In this document: positions 9,839-19,458 of the stretch, piece after piece
How the letters are laid out: every line of letters starts with the position of its first letter
Numbering within the stretch: the stretch's first letter is position 1
Source of the DNA: a bacterium HR10
GTDB lineage: Bacteria; Acidobacteriota; Blastocatellia; HR10
NCBI GenBank assembly: GCA_002923315.1
Contig: BEHM01000002.1
Location: 73,838-137,837 of the forward strand
Direction of reading: 5' to 3'
DNA length: 64,000 nt
Program-made: the position numbers and the translations under genes
The notes under the pieces: generated by a model
Told to the model about the DNA's origin: nothing
What the model saw: the letters and a program-made list of their open reading frames with translations, nothing else
Databases searched by the model: none

Positions 9839-12190
9839 ATGAAGGTCAGGCACTTGGCGCTTTCCTTTCTCCTGGCGTGTCTTGTGAGCGGAGATGTATG
9901 GGCGCAGTCCGAACAGGAGATCACGTTGCCGACACTGGGACGCACGGAGTGGATGATCCTGTGGGCGGTTCTGGCATCCGCCCTGCTCGCGCTCCTCTAT
10001 GGCGCGCTGCTGGTTCGGCGGGTGATGCGACAGGAGGCGGGGCCGGAGGCGATGGTTCGCGTCGCGCGGGCGATCGAGGAAGGCGCGATGGCATATTTGG
10101 GGCGGCAATTTCGCACGATGATCTGGTTCGTGCTGGCGATCACCCTCTTGCTCTTCGTCGTCTACCAGCGGGTCTATCCGGACTGGAGATTCCCGGCGGG
10201 TATTGCCGTCGCCTTTCTGATGGGGGTGATGGCCTCCTATGGCGCCGGATATGTGGGGATGTGGCTGGCCGTCAAGGGCAACGTGCGCACGGCGAATCTG
10301 GCGCGGTCGAGCTTCCCCCGGGCGTTTGAGCTGGCGTTTCGCGCGGGCGCGGTCTCGGGCATGTTCACGGTGGGCTTCGGGCTGCTGGGCGCGACGCTCA
10401 TCTTCCTCCTCTTTCAGGAAGACGCGATGAAGGTACTGGTGGGATTCGGCTTCGGGGGGAGCCTGGCGGCGCTCTTCATGCGCATCGGCGGTGGCATCTA
10501 CACGAAGGCGGCGGACGTCGGGGCAGATCTGATCGGGAAGGTGGAGAAGGGGATTCCCGAGGATGACCCTCGAAATGCGGCCGTCATCGCGGATAATGTC
10601 GGTGACAACGTGGGGGATTGCGCGGGGATGGCCGCCGATGTCTTCGAGAGCTACGAGGTGACGCTGGTGGCCGCCATCATCCTGGCTGCAGCCACGCTGC
10701 TGGATCCGGCGTTCACGCAGTATTACGGAGCGCATGCCTCAGCCTTCGCGCTGAAGCTGAGCCTGTTTCCCTTGTTGGTGCGCGCCCTGGGGGTCTTCTC
10801 CTCCATCCTCGGCATTTGGAGCGTGCGGATGCGGAGCGAGCAGGTGAAAGATCCAATGCGCCCCATCACGGTGGGGTATTGGGTTGCCGGGCTCAGCTCG
10901 GTCCTCGGATTCGCGCTCCTGAATGCCTTCTATCTCGTGGATCCGGTGACGGGGCGGCCGGATTTCCGCTTCTTCTTGGCCACGAGCATGGGGATCGGGC
11001 TGGCGCTTGTGACGCTGTGGATCACCAATGTGTTCACGCATCCGGATAAGCCGGCGGCGACGGAGACGGCGATCTCCACGCGAACGGGTGCAGCGACGAT
11101 GCTCCTGACGGGCATGGGAGCGGGATTGGAGAGCACCGTCTGGGCGATTCTGGCGATCGTCGGCACGATCGTGGCCTCGCTGGTGATCTTCGCCGGGAGT
11201 CCCGCGCTGGCGGCCTATGGGATCGCGCTCGCGGGATTGGGGTTGCTGACGACGACGGGATTCGTCCTGGCGATGGATACGTACGGGCCGATCACCGATA
11301 ATGCGCAGGGCATCTTCGAAATGTCCGGCATCAAAGCCGCTCCGGAGGTGGGGCGGAACCTGGCGTGGCTGGATGCCATCGGCAATACGACGAAAGCGCT
11401 CACCAAGGGCTTGGCCATCGCGACGGCGGTGATCGCTGCGGTCTCTCTGTTCCGATCGTTCATTGATGAGGCGCGCCTCTTCGAGCGAGGGATTCAGGTG
11501 AATCTGCCGGAGGTCTTCGCCGGCCTCCTGATCGGCGGCGCGGTGCCCTTCCTCTTCTCCGCGTTCGCGCTGAAGGCGGTCGGGCGAGCGGCGCATCAGG
11601 TCGTCGAGGAAGTGCGCCGTCAATTTCGCGAGAAGCCGGGCATCCTGGAGGGGAAGGAGCGACCCGACTACGGCCGCTGCGTGGAGATCGTGACGGCGAC
11701 GGCGCAAAAGGAATTGCTCGGGCCGGGCATCCTCGGTATCTTCTCCCCACTCCTTGTCGCTTTCGCGTTAGGACCAGGAGCGCTCGGGGGATTTCTGGCC
11801 GGAGCGATCTTGACCGGGCAACTGCTGGCCGTCTTCATGGCGAACACGGGAGCGACGTGGGATAACGCGAAGAAGAAGATCGAGGATGGATTCCTCGGTG
11901 GGAAGGGGAGCGAGGAGCATAAAGCGGCGGTGATCGGCGATACGGTCGGCGATCCGTTCAAGGATACGGCTGGGCCGTCGCTCAATCCGTTGATCAAGGT
12001 CATGAACCTGGTGAGCATTCTGGTGGCGCCGTTCGCCACGCGCCCACTCTCGTGGGCGGTGCGCGGGGGGATCGTGCTCGTGTGCGCGCTGTTGCTCGGC
12101 CTGGCCATTCTCTTCAGCAAGCGCGGGTCGCTGGCGGAGATGTTGCCGCAGGAGGCGCCGGCCGCCTTATCGGGCCAGCGGCGCGCGTGA
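9839..12190 (+). CDS. hppA: membrane-bound H+-translocating pyrophosphatase, K+-independent subtype
   Basis: GGIYTKAADVGADLIGKVE, DNVGDNVGDCAGMAADVFESY, DTVGDPFKDTAGPSLN. GNTTKA carries Lys at the established A/K determinant, which indicates the K+-independent subtype. The ORF track starts at GTG 9800. ATG 9839 has GGAGGG just upstream; ATG 9827 is also possible. Confidence 0.9.
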   Translation: MKVRHLALSFLLACLVSGDVWAQSEQEITLPTLGRTEWMILWAVLASALLALLYGALLVRRVMRQEAGPEAMVRVARAIEEGAMAYLGRQFRTMIWFVLAITLLLFVVYQRVYPDWRFPAGIAVAFLMGVMASYGAGYVGMWLAVKGNVRTANLARSSFPRAFELAFRAGAVSGMFTVGFGLLGATLIFLLFQEDAMKVLVGFGFGGSLAALFMRIGGGIYTKAADVGADLIGKVEKGIPEDDPRNAAVIADNVGDNVGDCAGMAADVFESYEVTLVAAIILAAATLLDPAFTQYYGAHASAFALKLSLFPLLVRALGVFSSILGIWSVRMRSEQVKDPMRPITVGYWVAGLSSVLGFALLNAFYLVDPVTGRPDFRFFLATSMGIGLALVTLWITNVFTHPDKPAATETAISTRTGAATMLLTGMGAGLESTVWAILAIVGTIVASLVIFAGSPALAAYGIALAGLGLLTTTGFVLAMDTYGPITDNAQGIFEMSGIKAAPEVGRNLAWLDAIGNTTKALTKGLAIATAVIAAVSLFRSFIDEARLFERGIQVNLPEVFAGLLIGGAVPFLFSAFALKAVGRAAHQVVEEVRRQFREKPGILEGKERPDYGRCVEIVTATAQKELLGPGILGIFSPLLVAFALGPGALGGFLAGAILTGQLLAVFMANTGATWDNAKKKIEDGFLGGKGSEEHKAAVIGDTVGDPFKDTAGPSLNPLIKVMNLVSILVAPFATRPLSWAVRGGIVLVCALLLGLAILFSKRGSLAEMLPQEAPAALSGQRRA

Positions 12191-12220
12191 GGCGGAGGAC
12201 ACTCCTGGAGAGGGGGACGT

Positions 12221-13753
12221 TCATTTCCCCTTCGCCCTCCGCTTCAGCTCATTCCTGAACGCTTCCAGAGAGTCCCACTCCTCGGCCTCCTCCAGGAGGA
12301 GGAGATGCTGCGTCTCCCAATCCCGGGGGAGGCTCCGCCAAATCGGCCTCCCCATCCGGTGTCTGTAGATTGCGTAGTAGCAGATCCATCCCATCACCCA
12401 AAGTGGACCGGCGATGCGCGCGAGCTCGTGCGTCCACAGCACGAGGACGACCATCAGCGCTGTGCCCAGGATGCCCGCTATTCCCAGGATTGGGATGCTG
12501 CGATCTCGGAAGCGCACGTTGAAGGGAACGGAATACGGGCGGGGTACGTGGGGCTCTTTGATCCGTAAGGCGAGCAAGGCGATGACGCTCAGCAAGTAAG
12601 CCAACATAGCGCCGAAGGCATACATGTTCGCCATCGTCTCCATCGCCCGGTGGCCGCTGAGGAAAGCGAAGACTGCTTCCACAGCGGCGATTCCCGAGAA
12701 CAGGACGATGGCGCGAACGGGGGTATGAAACCGGGGATGTACGTGGGCGAGTCGCTCGCTCACCAGACCGAGCTCCGCCATGTTGAACGCCAGGCGACTG
12801 GCTCCCATGACGCCCGTGTTGGCGGAGATGAGCACGATGGTTGCCGCCAACACGGCAGCGATCGGACCAGCGAGGAACCCGACGAGGGGGAGTTTGCTCG
12901 CCAACAGGGCGACCGGATCCCCCTCGCGGGCCGCGATCTCTTGCCATGAGACGATCCCCAGCGAGACCGTGGGGAAAGCCAGGGCGAAGAGCAGGACCAC
13001 TCCGACCAGAGTGAGCGATGTCCGCGGGATCACCGTGCCCGGTCGGATCGTCTCCTGAGCCGCCTGGGAGACGGATTCCAAGCCGACGTAGGAGATCACC
13101 GCGATCGAAGTGCCGTAGAGCAGATCATGCCAGCTTGGGAACTCGGCCCTCCACTGGTGCAGGAAGTGCTCGGGCTTCCAGGCGAAAGCGAAGCCGATCA
13201 CGATGATGGTGGTCTCCATGACGAGGTCCAGAGCTCCGAGGACCTCGTTGAAGAAAGCGGATTCGCGAATCCCCTTGATATTGAGGATGGTCAGAAAGAC
13301 GATCAGGCCGAGCGTCTCCATGAGCCAGATGAGATTGACGCTGTGGAAGGGTCCTAAGGTCATCGCGAATTCGCGAACCGAGGGGAAGAAGAAGTTGATG
13401 TAACCGGCCGAAGCCATGGCGAAGAGGGCGACATCAACGGTGTAATCGAGCATCAGGGCGGCGCCGGCGATGAGACCCCAGAAGTCTCCCAATCCTCGCA
13501 ACGTGAAGTACTGGCCTCCGCCCGCCGACGGGTAAGTCGAAGCCAGCTCCGTGTACGTCAATCCCACCAGGACATAGACAACTCCGGCGATTGCGAATGC
13601 CAGTGGGGTACCGCCGTGAGCAGCTGCCATCACCAATCCGAGCGCGACGTAGACGTCCGCTCCGACATCGGCATATCCCCAGCAGAAGGAGCCCCAGATC
13701 GTGACTTCGCGTCGAAGCCGCGGGCGTTGAGGTGCTGTGGAGATTTCGCTCAT
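12221..13753 (-). CDS. APC-superfamily amino acid/polyamine permease
   Basis: A 510-aa polytopic membrane protein. The N-terminal GGTPLAFAIAGVVYVLVGLTYTELASTYPSAGGGQYF is typical of APC transporters. Confidence 0.8.
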   Translation of the reverse strand: MSEISTAPQRPRLRREVTIWGSFCWGYADVGADVYVALGLVMAAAHGGTPLAFAIAGVVYVLVGLTYTELASTYPSAGGGQYFTLRGLGDFWGLIAGAALMLDYTVDVALFAMASAGYINFFFPSVREFAMTLGPFHSVNLIWLMETLGLIVFLTILNIKGIRESAFFNEVLGALDLVMETTIIVIGFAFAWKPEHFLHQWRAEFPSWHDLLYGTSIAVISYVGLESVSQAAQETIRPGTVIPRTSLTLVGVVLLFALAFPTVSLGIVSWQEIAAREGDPVALLASKLPLVGFLAGPIAAVLAATIVLISANTGVMGASRLAFNMAELGLVSERLAHVHPRFHTPVRAIVLFSGIAAVEAVFAFLSGHRAMETMANMYAFGAMLAYLLSVIALLALRIKEPHVPRPYSVPFNVRFRDRSIPILGIAGILGTALMVVLVLWTHELARIAGPLWVMGWICYYAIYRHRMGRPIWRSLPRDWETQHLLLLEEAEEWDSLEAFRNELKRRAKGK

Positions 13754-13805
13754 GGCATCTCACTCCTGTCCTGAAGGGGCTGATCATCCTTCATGCTTCT
13801 CTTCC

Positions 13806-14003
13806 TCACTCCTCGCGTCCCGTACGGTCCAGACCGATGTCGAAGGCGACGACGATCAGGAAGAGGCAGAGAGCGCCGATCGCCAGAGCATAGAGGAGAA
13901 GGAAGTATCCTCGCTCGACGAGGACGTAAATGATCCCGCCCAAGATGAATATGGAGAGAACGCCCCAGAAACTCACGCGTTGTCGAGATCCCAGTTCAGA
14001 CAT
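13806..14003 (-). CDS. small two-TM membrane protein (hypothetical)
   Basis: 65 aa with two hydrophobic stretches (FWGVLSIFILGGIIYVLV; LLLYALAIGALCLFLIVVAF). It is wedged between the TonB-like gene (7-nt gap) and the permease, on the same strand. Confidence 0.5.
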   Translation of the reverse strand: MSELGSRQRVSFWGVLSIFILGGIIYVLVERGYFLLLYALAIGALCLFLIVVAFDIGLDRTGREE

Positions 14004-14010
14004 AGATCCC

Positions 14011-15081
14011 TCACAGGAGATGGAATTCGACGTAGATCACGCCTCGCCAATCAACTGGATTTCCACGGGCATCCCGCGCTGGGATGAATCGAATTTTCAA
14101 AGCGGCCTCGATGGCCTTCTCATCCAAGCCATATCCTAAGCCGCGGAGGATGCGGACATGCTTGATCCTTCCATCCGCCCCGAAGGTGGCGCTCAGGACC
14201 ACGGTCCCTTCGATTCGATTGCGACGCGCTTCCTCCGTCCATTCCGGTCGGGGTTTGAACGTGATGACGGGACGACTGGCGAGGTCTCCTCCACCGATCC
14301 GGGGCGCTCCACCGCCCGTATTCCAACCTTCTCCGGGGCCGTACCCGACCCCTTGGCCAGGACCAACGCCGCCTCCAGAGCCCGTCCCTATACCGCCTCC
14401 AGTCCCCGGTCCCGACGAGGGGATAGAGGAGCGGCTCGTCGGGTCTCCTAAGGGGAGGCTAAGGTCGAGCTTCGGCAGAAGCTCGGGCTGCGCCATGATT
14501 GTGGGAAGGACGGGGAGTGAGGGCTGTCTGATCTCGGGGAGATGGGGACTCGGGGCCACAATAGGGGGACGTAATTCGGCTTTTGGAAGCCTCCCGAATG
14601 AAGGCGGATGAGGTTCCTTTCTTCCCCCTCCCCCTCCACCTCCCGCTCGTTCCCTTCGCTGTGGCGCATAGAGGGGCGGCGGAGGCAACGGTTCGATCAG
14701 TGTGATGGATTCCTTGGCGATGATCGAAGCTGCCGGTGGGGGGGTGGCGAATCTCGCTCGCTCGAAGGCGAGAAGAGCGAGGATCACCACTACATACAGG
14801 AGGCTGCTCACGAGGAGGACGCGCCACCTTCTCTCCTGCGGCTCGCCCACACTGAGCAGGAAGCGGAAGTAACCTCTCGGGTCCGCGCGGAACTCCCTCC
14901 AGTGGTCACGCGCACCGCGCCGGAGTCTCTTCCAGAGAGGTTCTTCTTCGATGCCGAAAAGGGTCTTGAGAAAGCCCGTGGGATCTTCTCGAAGCTCTCG
15001 CCAACTCTCTCCGATCGCTCGAAGGAGTCGGATCGCCAGTGATTCCGATTCCAGCGGCTCAAAGAGTCGAGCGCCTTCCAT
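14011..15081 (-). CDS. TonB-family energy transducer
   Basis: C-terminal TonB domain: PEWTEEARRNRIEGTVVLSATFGADGRIKHVRILRGLGYGLDEKAIEAALKIRFIPARDARGNPV. It is preceded by Pro-rich and Gly-rich linkers and one TM helix. The track starts at GTG 15129. ATG 15081 has GGGAGGG upstream and is preferred. Confidence 0.8.
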   Translation of the reverse strand: MEGARLFEPLESESLAIRLLRAIGESWRELREDPTGFLKTLFGIEEEPLWKRLRRGARDHWREFRADPRGYFRFLLSVGEPQERRWRVLLVSSLLYVVVILALLAFERARFATPPPAASIIAKESITLIEPLPPPPLYAPQRRERAGGGGGGGRKEPHPPSFGRLPKAELRPPIVAPSPHLPEIRQPSLPVLPTIMAQPELLPKLDLSLPLGDPTSRSSIPSSGPGTGGGIGTGSGGGVGPGQGVGYGPGEGWNTGGGAPRIGGGDLASRPVITFKPRPEWTEEARRNRIEGTVVLSATFGADGRIKHVRILRGLGYGLDEKAIEAALKIRFIPARDARGNPVDWRGVIYVEFHLL

Positions 15082-15807
15082 GTGTGCCCTCCCACTCCAA
15101 TCTCGACAGGGGGAGACAACGTGACTCACCCCCTGGAAGGATTACCAATGGGCTGGGAGTGTGTGACTGGGGTCAAAGGAGAACAATGGGAGGGCTTCTC
15201 TCACTGAGGTCTTGAGTGAATAGGCGCCAGCACGAACTTCGGGGACTCTCTTTCCCAGCCCGAAGCTTCGGCAGAGGAGTGACGAACGCAAGATGCGCTG
15301 TACCGTGGATGGCCGCTGCTCGGTGGGGGCCAGTGGCGAGATCATTCGCCTTAGGAAGAGGGCCAAGCTGATCCCCCTCAAAGGGCGACCATGGGGAGAA
15401 CGCATGTTCGCTCGTTCGATCAGCGAAGGCGGGTCCTATCGCCGGGGGCGCGATGAGTATCCCATTTGGCGAGAGGAAAAAGCGAGCACAATACAGGGTC
15501 GCGCTGATCGCCGCGAGAAGGACGAGCCTTCGACCGATCCACAGATTCAGCACGTACTGCAGTATATCACACTCCTCTACCACGAGCAAATTCGCCAGCC
15601 GTCGCCTTTTGTCATGCGACGAGCTCGGCCTGGTGCTCAAAAGAAGGTTTCTCCCCCGAAGAGACACGGAGTATAATCCTTGCCTTGGCGATGGAGTCCG
15701 CCGGGAACCGCCTCGAAGGGATTCGGGGCTGATGACTCCTACTTGGGCCGTTCCAAGTGGGAGTCTTTTGTTTTGGTGTCCTGGCGAGGCTGGGGAGGGA
15801 GGAAACG

Positions 15808-16215
15808 ATGGTCTTCTTCTGCCCGGGATGCTGGCGGGAGGTGGACGCTGGGTGTCGCATCTGTCCGAGCTGTGAGATGGACATCGCGCGGTACTCGCGC
15901 TCGGCGCGCTATGTGGAGAAGCTCATTTCGGCGTTGCACCATCTGGAACCTCAGACGGTGAGGCGCGCTGCCTGGATTTTGGGCCGGTTGAAGGCTCGCG
16001 AAGCTGTTCCCGCGCTGCTGGACTTGGCAGATCGGACTGCAGACCCCTACGTGATTGAATCGGTGGTGGAAGCACTCGGGGAGATCGGGGACATGCGCGC
16101 GCGGCCGTTTCTGATCCGCTGTGTGACGCAGGGGGCGTTGCGCGTGAGGCGGGCGGCGGAACGAGCGCTCGCGCAGTTTCCGCGAGAGGAGGGTGGCGCT
16201 CATGGCCCTCAATGA
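15808..16215 (+). CDS. zinc-ribbon + HEAT-repeat protein
   Basis: ATG 15808 follows GGGAGGGAGG. MVFFCPGCWREVDAGCRICPSC forms a Cys4 ribbon. HEAT/PBS-lyase-like repeats follow (VRRAAWILGRLKAREAVPALLDL..., VIESVVEALGEIGDMRARPFL, VRRAAERAL). Confidence 0.7.
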   Translation: MVFFCPGCWREVDAGCRICPSCEMDIARYSRSARYVEKLISALHHLEPQTVRRAAWILGRLKAREAVPALLDLADRTADPYVIESVVEALGEIGDMRARPFLIRCVTQGALRVRRAAERALAQFPREEGGAHGPQ

Positions 16216-16627
16216 GCATCAGCGACGGCGCCTGGAAGTGAGCCTCGGGCTTCTTGATCGCGCCCTCTTGGAGGTGGAGCGGAATTATCTCTCCGCCGAT
16301 CTCCCGCGGGGCGAGATGTTCGAGCTGACGAGTGACCTCACGCCTGAAGAGGAAACCCGAATTCGCGCGACGATCGCGCAGATTCGGCATCGGCTGCGCC
16401 GTCTTCGCGAGGCCTTTCATCTGGAGCCGCATCGGAGGGATGTGCGGAGTCTCTTGCGCGGATACTTCTCGCACTTCTGGGCCGTGCTCTCGGATTGTCG
16501 CGCGAGCAAGCTGCGGGGATATGGGGAGGTCGCTCCTCAGTTGAAGCAGATGTTGGATCCGGAGATCGAGGCGCTCCTGGCCCTGATCGAGCATTTGGAG
16601 CGAATCATCGAGCGCCGCCGTGAGTGA
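16202..16627 (+). CDS. hypothetical helical protein
   Basis: 141 aa, overlapping the previous stop by 14 nt. Codon usage looks coding. I recognise no family. Confidence 0.5.
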   Translation: MALNEHQRRRLEVSLGLLDRALLEVERNYLSADLPRGEMFELTSDLTPEEETRIRATIAQIRHRLRRLREAFHLEPHRRDVRSLLRGYFSHFWAVLSDCRASKLRGYGEVAPQLKQMLDPEIEALLALIEHLERIIERRRE

Positions 16628-16641
16628 TGGATCACGCCCCG

Positions 16642-17337
16642 TTATCCGATCGCGCGCGCGATCAGGAAGGCAGCCGTCGCAGCGAGTCCACCGATGAGCA
16701 GGGTCTGAAGCGCACTGCGCCACGGTCGGATTCCCGTCAGCCGTCCCTTGATGTATCCGAAGAGAAAGAGCGCCAGGGGCGTGATGAGAACCGAGAGGCC
16801 GAGCGCCGCGAGGACCTGCTCAAGCAGCATATACGGGAAGAGAGGGATGAGCCCGCCGACGATGTAGGAGAATCCGATGGTGAACGCGCTCCTTCGGGCG
16901 CGCACAGGGTCGGGCGGTTCGAGCCCCAGCTCGAAGCGCATCATGAAGTCCACCCAGCGTTCAGGGTCGGAGCGGATCGCGGCGACCAGCGGCCCGATCT
17001 GCTCCTCGGCGAGTCCGTAGTGGCGGAAGATCTGAGCGACCTCTTCGGCTTCCTCCTCGGGGATTCTCTCGGTCTCCCGCTGCTCGCGCATGCGTTCGGC
17101 CACATAGTGTTCAAGCTCCGTCTTGGCGGCCAGATACCCGCCGAGTCCCATGGCGATGGCGCCGGCGGCGATCTCGGCCAGACCGGCCGTGACGATGATG
17201 TTCGTCGAGGTGCCGACGCCCGACAGACCGGCCGCCAGGGCGAAGGGGACCGTGAGTCCGTCGGACATGCCGATGACGATGTCGCGGATCGTCTGTGCTC
17301 CGCGGAAGTGTCGCTCCAGGTGGGGAATCGTGGGCAT
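16642..17337 (-). CDS. VIT1/CCC1-family iron/manganese transporter
   Basis: DIVIGMSDGLTVPFALAAGLSG and a C-terminal GGLIPLFPY...TLLIGGLAATAAFLIA are typical of the VIT family. A central acidic helix is present (REQRETERIPEEEAEE). Confidence 0.85.
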   Translation of the reverse strand: MPTIPHLERHFRGAQTIRDIVIGMSDGLTVPFALAAGLSGVGTSTNIIVTAGLAEIAAGAIAMGLGGYLAAKTELEHYVAERMREQRETERIPEEEAEEVAQIFRHYGLAEEQIGPLVAAIRSDPERWVDFMMRFELGLEPPDPVRARRSAFTIGFSYIVGGLIPLFPYMLLEQVLAALGLSVLITPLALFLFGYIKGRLTGIRPWRSALQTLLIGGLAATAAFLIARAIG

Positions 17338-17367
17338 CGCGGATCTCCTCCCGAGGATCTCAAAGGA

Positions 17368-18390
17368 TCATGCGCTCGGCGTGAGGGGGCCTCCGTGGAA
17401 GCGAAAGACGGCGTAATCGGAATACAGATACGGCAGGTCAACGCACGCGCGCGAAAGCGGCGAACGCAGGAGAAGGCGGTCGGCCAAATTCAGGAAGAAG
17501 CGGAGGCGCCTGGTCTTCGGATACACGTTGAACCCCGGCAAAAGAGCCGTGAGGGTGAGCCCATGGGCCGCTGCCCACTCCTCGATCTCCGCCCATGAGC
17601 GACCGGCCAGCGCGCGCGAGCATCCCGTGAAGAGGTATGAGGTCGGCGCCTTGCGAAGGCACGCTTCGGCAGCCGAGAGGAAGAGCAGCATGTCCGGCAC
17701 GGCGTAGATCGGGTCGGTGATCACGATATCGTAGGCTTCTTTCAAGTCCTCCGGGAGAGGGCGTCGAAGGTCCACGCGCCGACAGGTGATGCGAAGCTGT
17801 CGCTCGCGCGCCGCTGCTGTGATCAGGCCGAGGACTTCGGGATCGAGATCAAGGACGGTGATCTCGTTCGGAAGCAGCAGAGCCAGTGCGACGCTCACAA
17901 AGTCGTCGTCGCCGAGGCAGAGGATCCGACGCTCCGCCGTTGCGTAGGAGCGGATCAACTCGGCGCGTTTCACGGTCGTGGCGGGCGTGCACGGGAGCTG
18001 ATGCAGCGCGTGCGACTTCACGCGCAAGCGCTTCTGCAGCGAGGCGATCACCTGCAGCGCCTCGGACGCTGACGGGGAGACCTCCTCGTCATGACGCTGC
18101 GCGAAGATCTCCCCTTGAGTGAAGAGCGCTTCCAGGAGCGCTTCATTCTCCGTCTCCACGAATGTCCGAATTTCATGAAACACGTGGTGCAAGCCCAGCC
18201 TTCGCGCCCAGCGCTTCGCTCGGTCGAGCGCGGCCTCCACGCGAGCGCGCTCGTGCCGGTCGTCGAAGCCGAGGGGCCGATGCAGCTGCGAGGCCGCCGG
18301 CGCTGTGATCAAAGCGCTTCTGCTCCGTCCCGATGAGTCGGATGCATCCGCAGAAGGTCCCGAGGAGACGTTCCGCCACTTGCGTTCCAT
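17368..18390 (-). CDS. BpsA/DUF43-family aminopropyltransferase-like protein (branched-chain polyamine synthase family)
   Basis: ILCLGDDDFVSVALALLLPNEITVLDLDPEVL...RRVDLRRPLPEDLKEAYDIVITDPIYAV parallels the GDDDLTSVAL...LDID...FDLRKPLP...FITDPP core of archaeal/Thermus BpsA as I remember it. The track ORF (to 18624) is over-extended into the LysE gene. ATG 18390 lies 2 nt after the LysE stop. Confidence 0.7.
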   Translation of the reverse strand: MERKWRNVSSGPSADASDSSGRSRSALITAPAASQLHRPLGFDDRHERARVEAALDRAKRWARRLGLHHVFHEIRTFVETENEALLEALFTQGEIFAQRHDEEVSPSASEALQVIASLQKRLRVKSHALHQLPCTPATTVKRAELIRSYATAERRILCLGDDDFVSVALALLLPNEITVLDLDPEVLGLITAAARERQLRITCRRVDLRRPLPEDLKEAYDIVITDPIYAVPDMLLFLSAAEACLRKAPTSYLFTGCSRALAGRSWAEIEEWAAAHGLTLTALLPGFNVYPKTRRLRFFLNLADRLLLRSPLSRACVDLPYLYSDYAVFRFHGGPLTPSA

Positions 18391-18392
18391 GC

Positions 18393-19043
18393 TCACAAAC
18401 GTTTCACCATGAGATACGCCCCCAATCCGATGAGCACAATTCCCATCCCCTGCGCCATGCGGTGTGCGATGGGCAGAGGGAATGGATGACGACGGAGCAG
18501 TTCGCGAAGTGCAGCGAACCACGCTCCGACTCCGATGCTCGCGCCGATGGCGAAGCATATCCGGTGGGTCAGCAATGCGATCGTCGGAGCTGTCGCTCGC
18601 AGGGTGAGCGCCGTGCTGAACCAAAAGGCGACGAATGCCGGATTCAGCACGTAGAGAGCAGCGCCGAGGGCCGCTGCGGCCACCGCCTTTCGCATGCGCC
18701 AGGCGACTGCTGGTGGAGACGGCGGCGCCGAACGGGGGATGAGCAAGGAAACCCCGTATCCGATCACGAGCGCGCAGGCGACGATCTCTACAGGGAGGGG
18801 GGGAGATGAGACAAGGGGAAGGCGACTCGAAGCCATCATCGAGAGAGCGGCGAAAGCGCAGCCGCCATCCAGTAGGGCGACGGTCGTACTAAGGACCAAA
18901 CCTTCTCGCTCCTGTCCACGAGTCATCATCATTGCGAAAGCCAGGTTAATCGGCCCAATGGGCATCGAGGACATCAGGCCGAGGACCGATCCGAGGCACA
19001 ACCATGCGACATATTCCATGCCCATACGACGGGTCGTAATCAT
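18393..19043 (-). CDS. LysE/RhtB-family exporter
   Basis: 216 aa, about 6 TM helices. The N-terminal SMPIGPINLAF resembles the P-G-P motif region of LysE translocators. Confidence 0.75.
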   Translation of the reverse strand: MITTRRMGMEYVAWLCLGSVLGLMSSMPIGPINLAFAMMMTRGQEREGLVLSTTVALLDGGCAFAALSMMASSRLPLVSSPPLPVEIVACALVIGYGVSLLIPRSAPPSPPAVAWRMRKAVAAAALGAALYVLNPAFVAFWFSTALTLRATAPTIALLTHRICFAIGASIGVGAWFAALRELLRRHPFPLPIAHRMAQGMGIVLIGLGAYLMVKRL

Positions 19044-19424
19044 ATCGCAGGCTCGCGCTCATGCTCAAGGGCATATCACTTGACGCATCCTCCGAGCGGG
19101 CGAGAGTCGAATCGTCTTTCGACGGAGTGAGGCAGTTTTGCCACCCTGCGGCAGAACGCCACAGCAGCGGGGAAGCGATGAGCGCCCGACCGTCCATGCC
19201 ATCGTCGCGTAACTCTTCGTGCGTGAGGGCCCTGCGTCTTTGTGCGAAGCACGGGCGATGCCGGGGCTCCTGCGGCACGCAAATTGCCAATGCCCATCAA
19301 TCGGGAAGGTGGGGAGAGCACGGACGGTAGGGAAGGGTCGAGTGAGGAGAATCATGACGCCCCCGCTCCTCCCTCGATCTCCTGCCGTCCGTCGCGCGAT
19401 GGACGAAGGTCGGGTGGACACGCC

Positions 19425-19458
19425 GGAGAGTCGCGCGCGCGACTCTCCTCTTTATTTT
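19425..19458 (+). terminator. strong intrinsic-terminator-like hairpin + T tract with no upstream plus-strand gene
   Basis: GGAGAGTCGC-gcgc-GCGACTCTCC (19425-19448; 10-bp perfect GC-rich stem) is followed by TCTTTATTTT (19449-19458). It ends immediately before the tatA SD GGAGGTG. Confidence 0.7.

Noticed and set aside
12191-12240. Nested inverted repeats (GCGGAGG...CCTCCGC; GGGGA...TCCCC) between the convergent hppA and permease genes, considered as a bidirectional terminator.
   Set aside because: The stems are short or interrupted and the loop is long. The 3' arm lies inside the permease coding end. The evidence is too weak to list as a feature.
19328-19366. The string tAGGGAAGGGTCGAGTGAGGAGAATCATGACGCCCCCGC superficially resembles the cobalamin-riboswitch core (GGGAA...GGTG..AATC...GCCCCCGC).
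   Set aside because: There is no B12-box (GCCACTG-like) and no matching paired regions that I could draw. The genomic context (tatA / LysE exporter) is not a known cobalamin-regulated one. It needs an Infernal scan before any claim.
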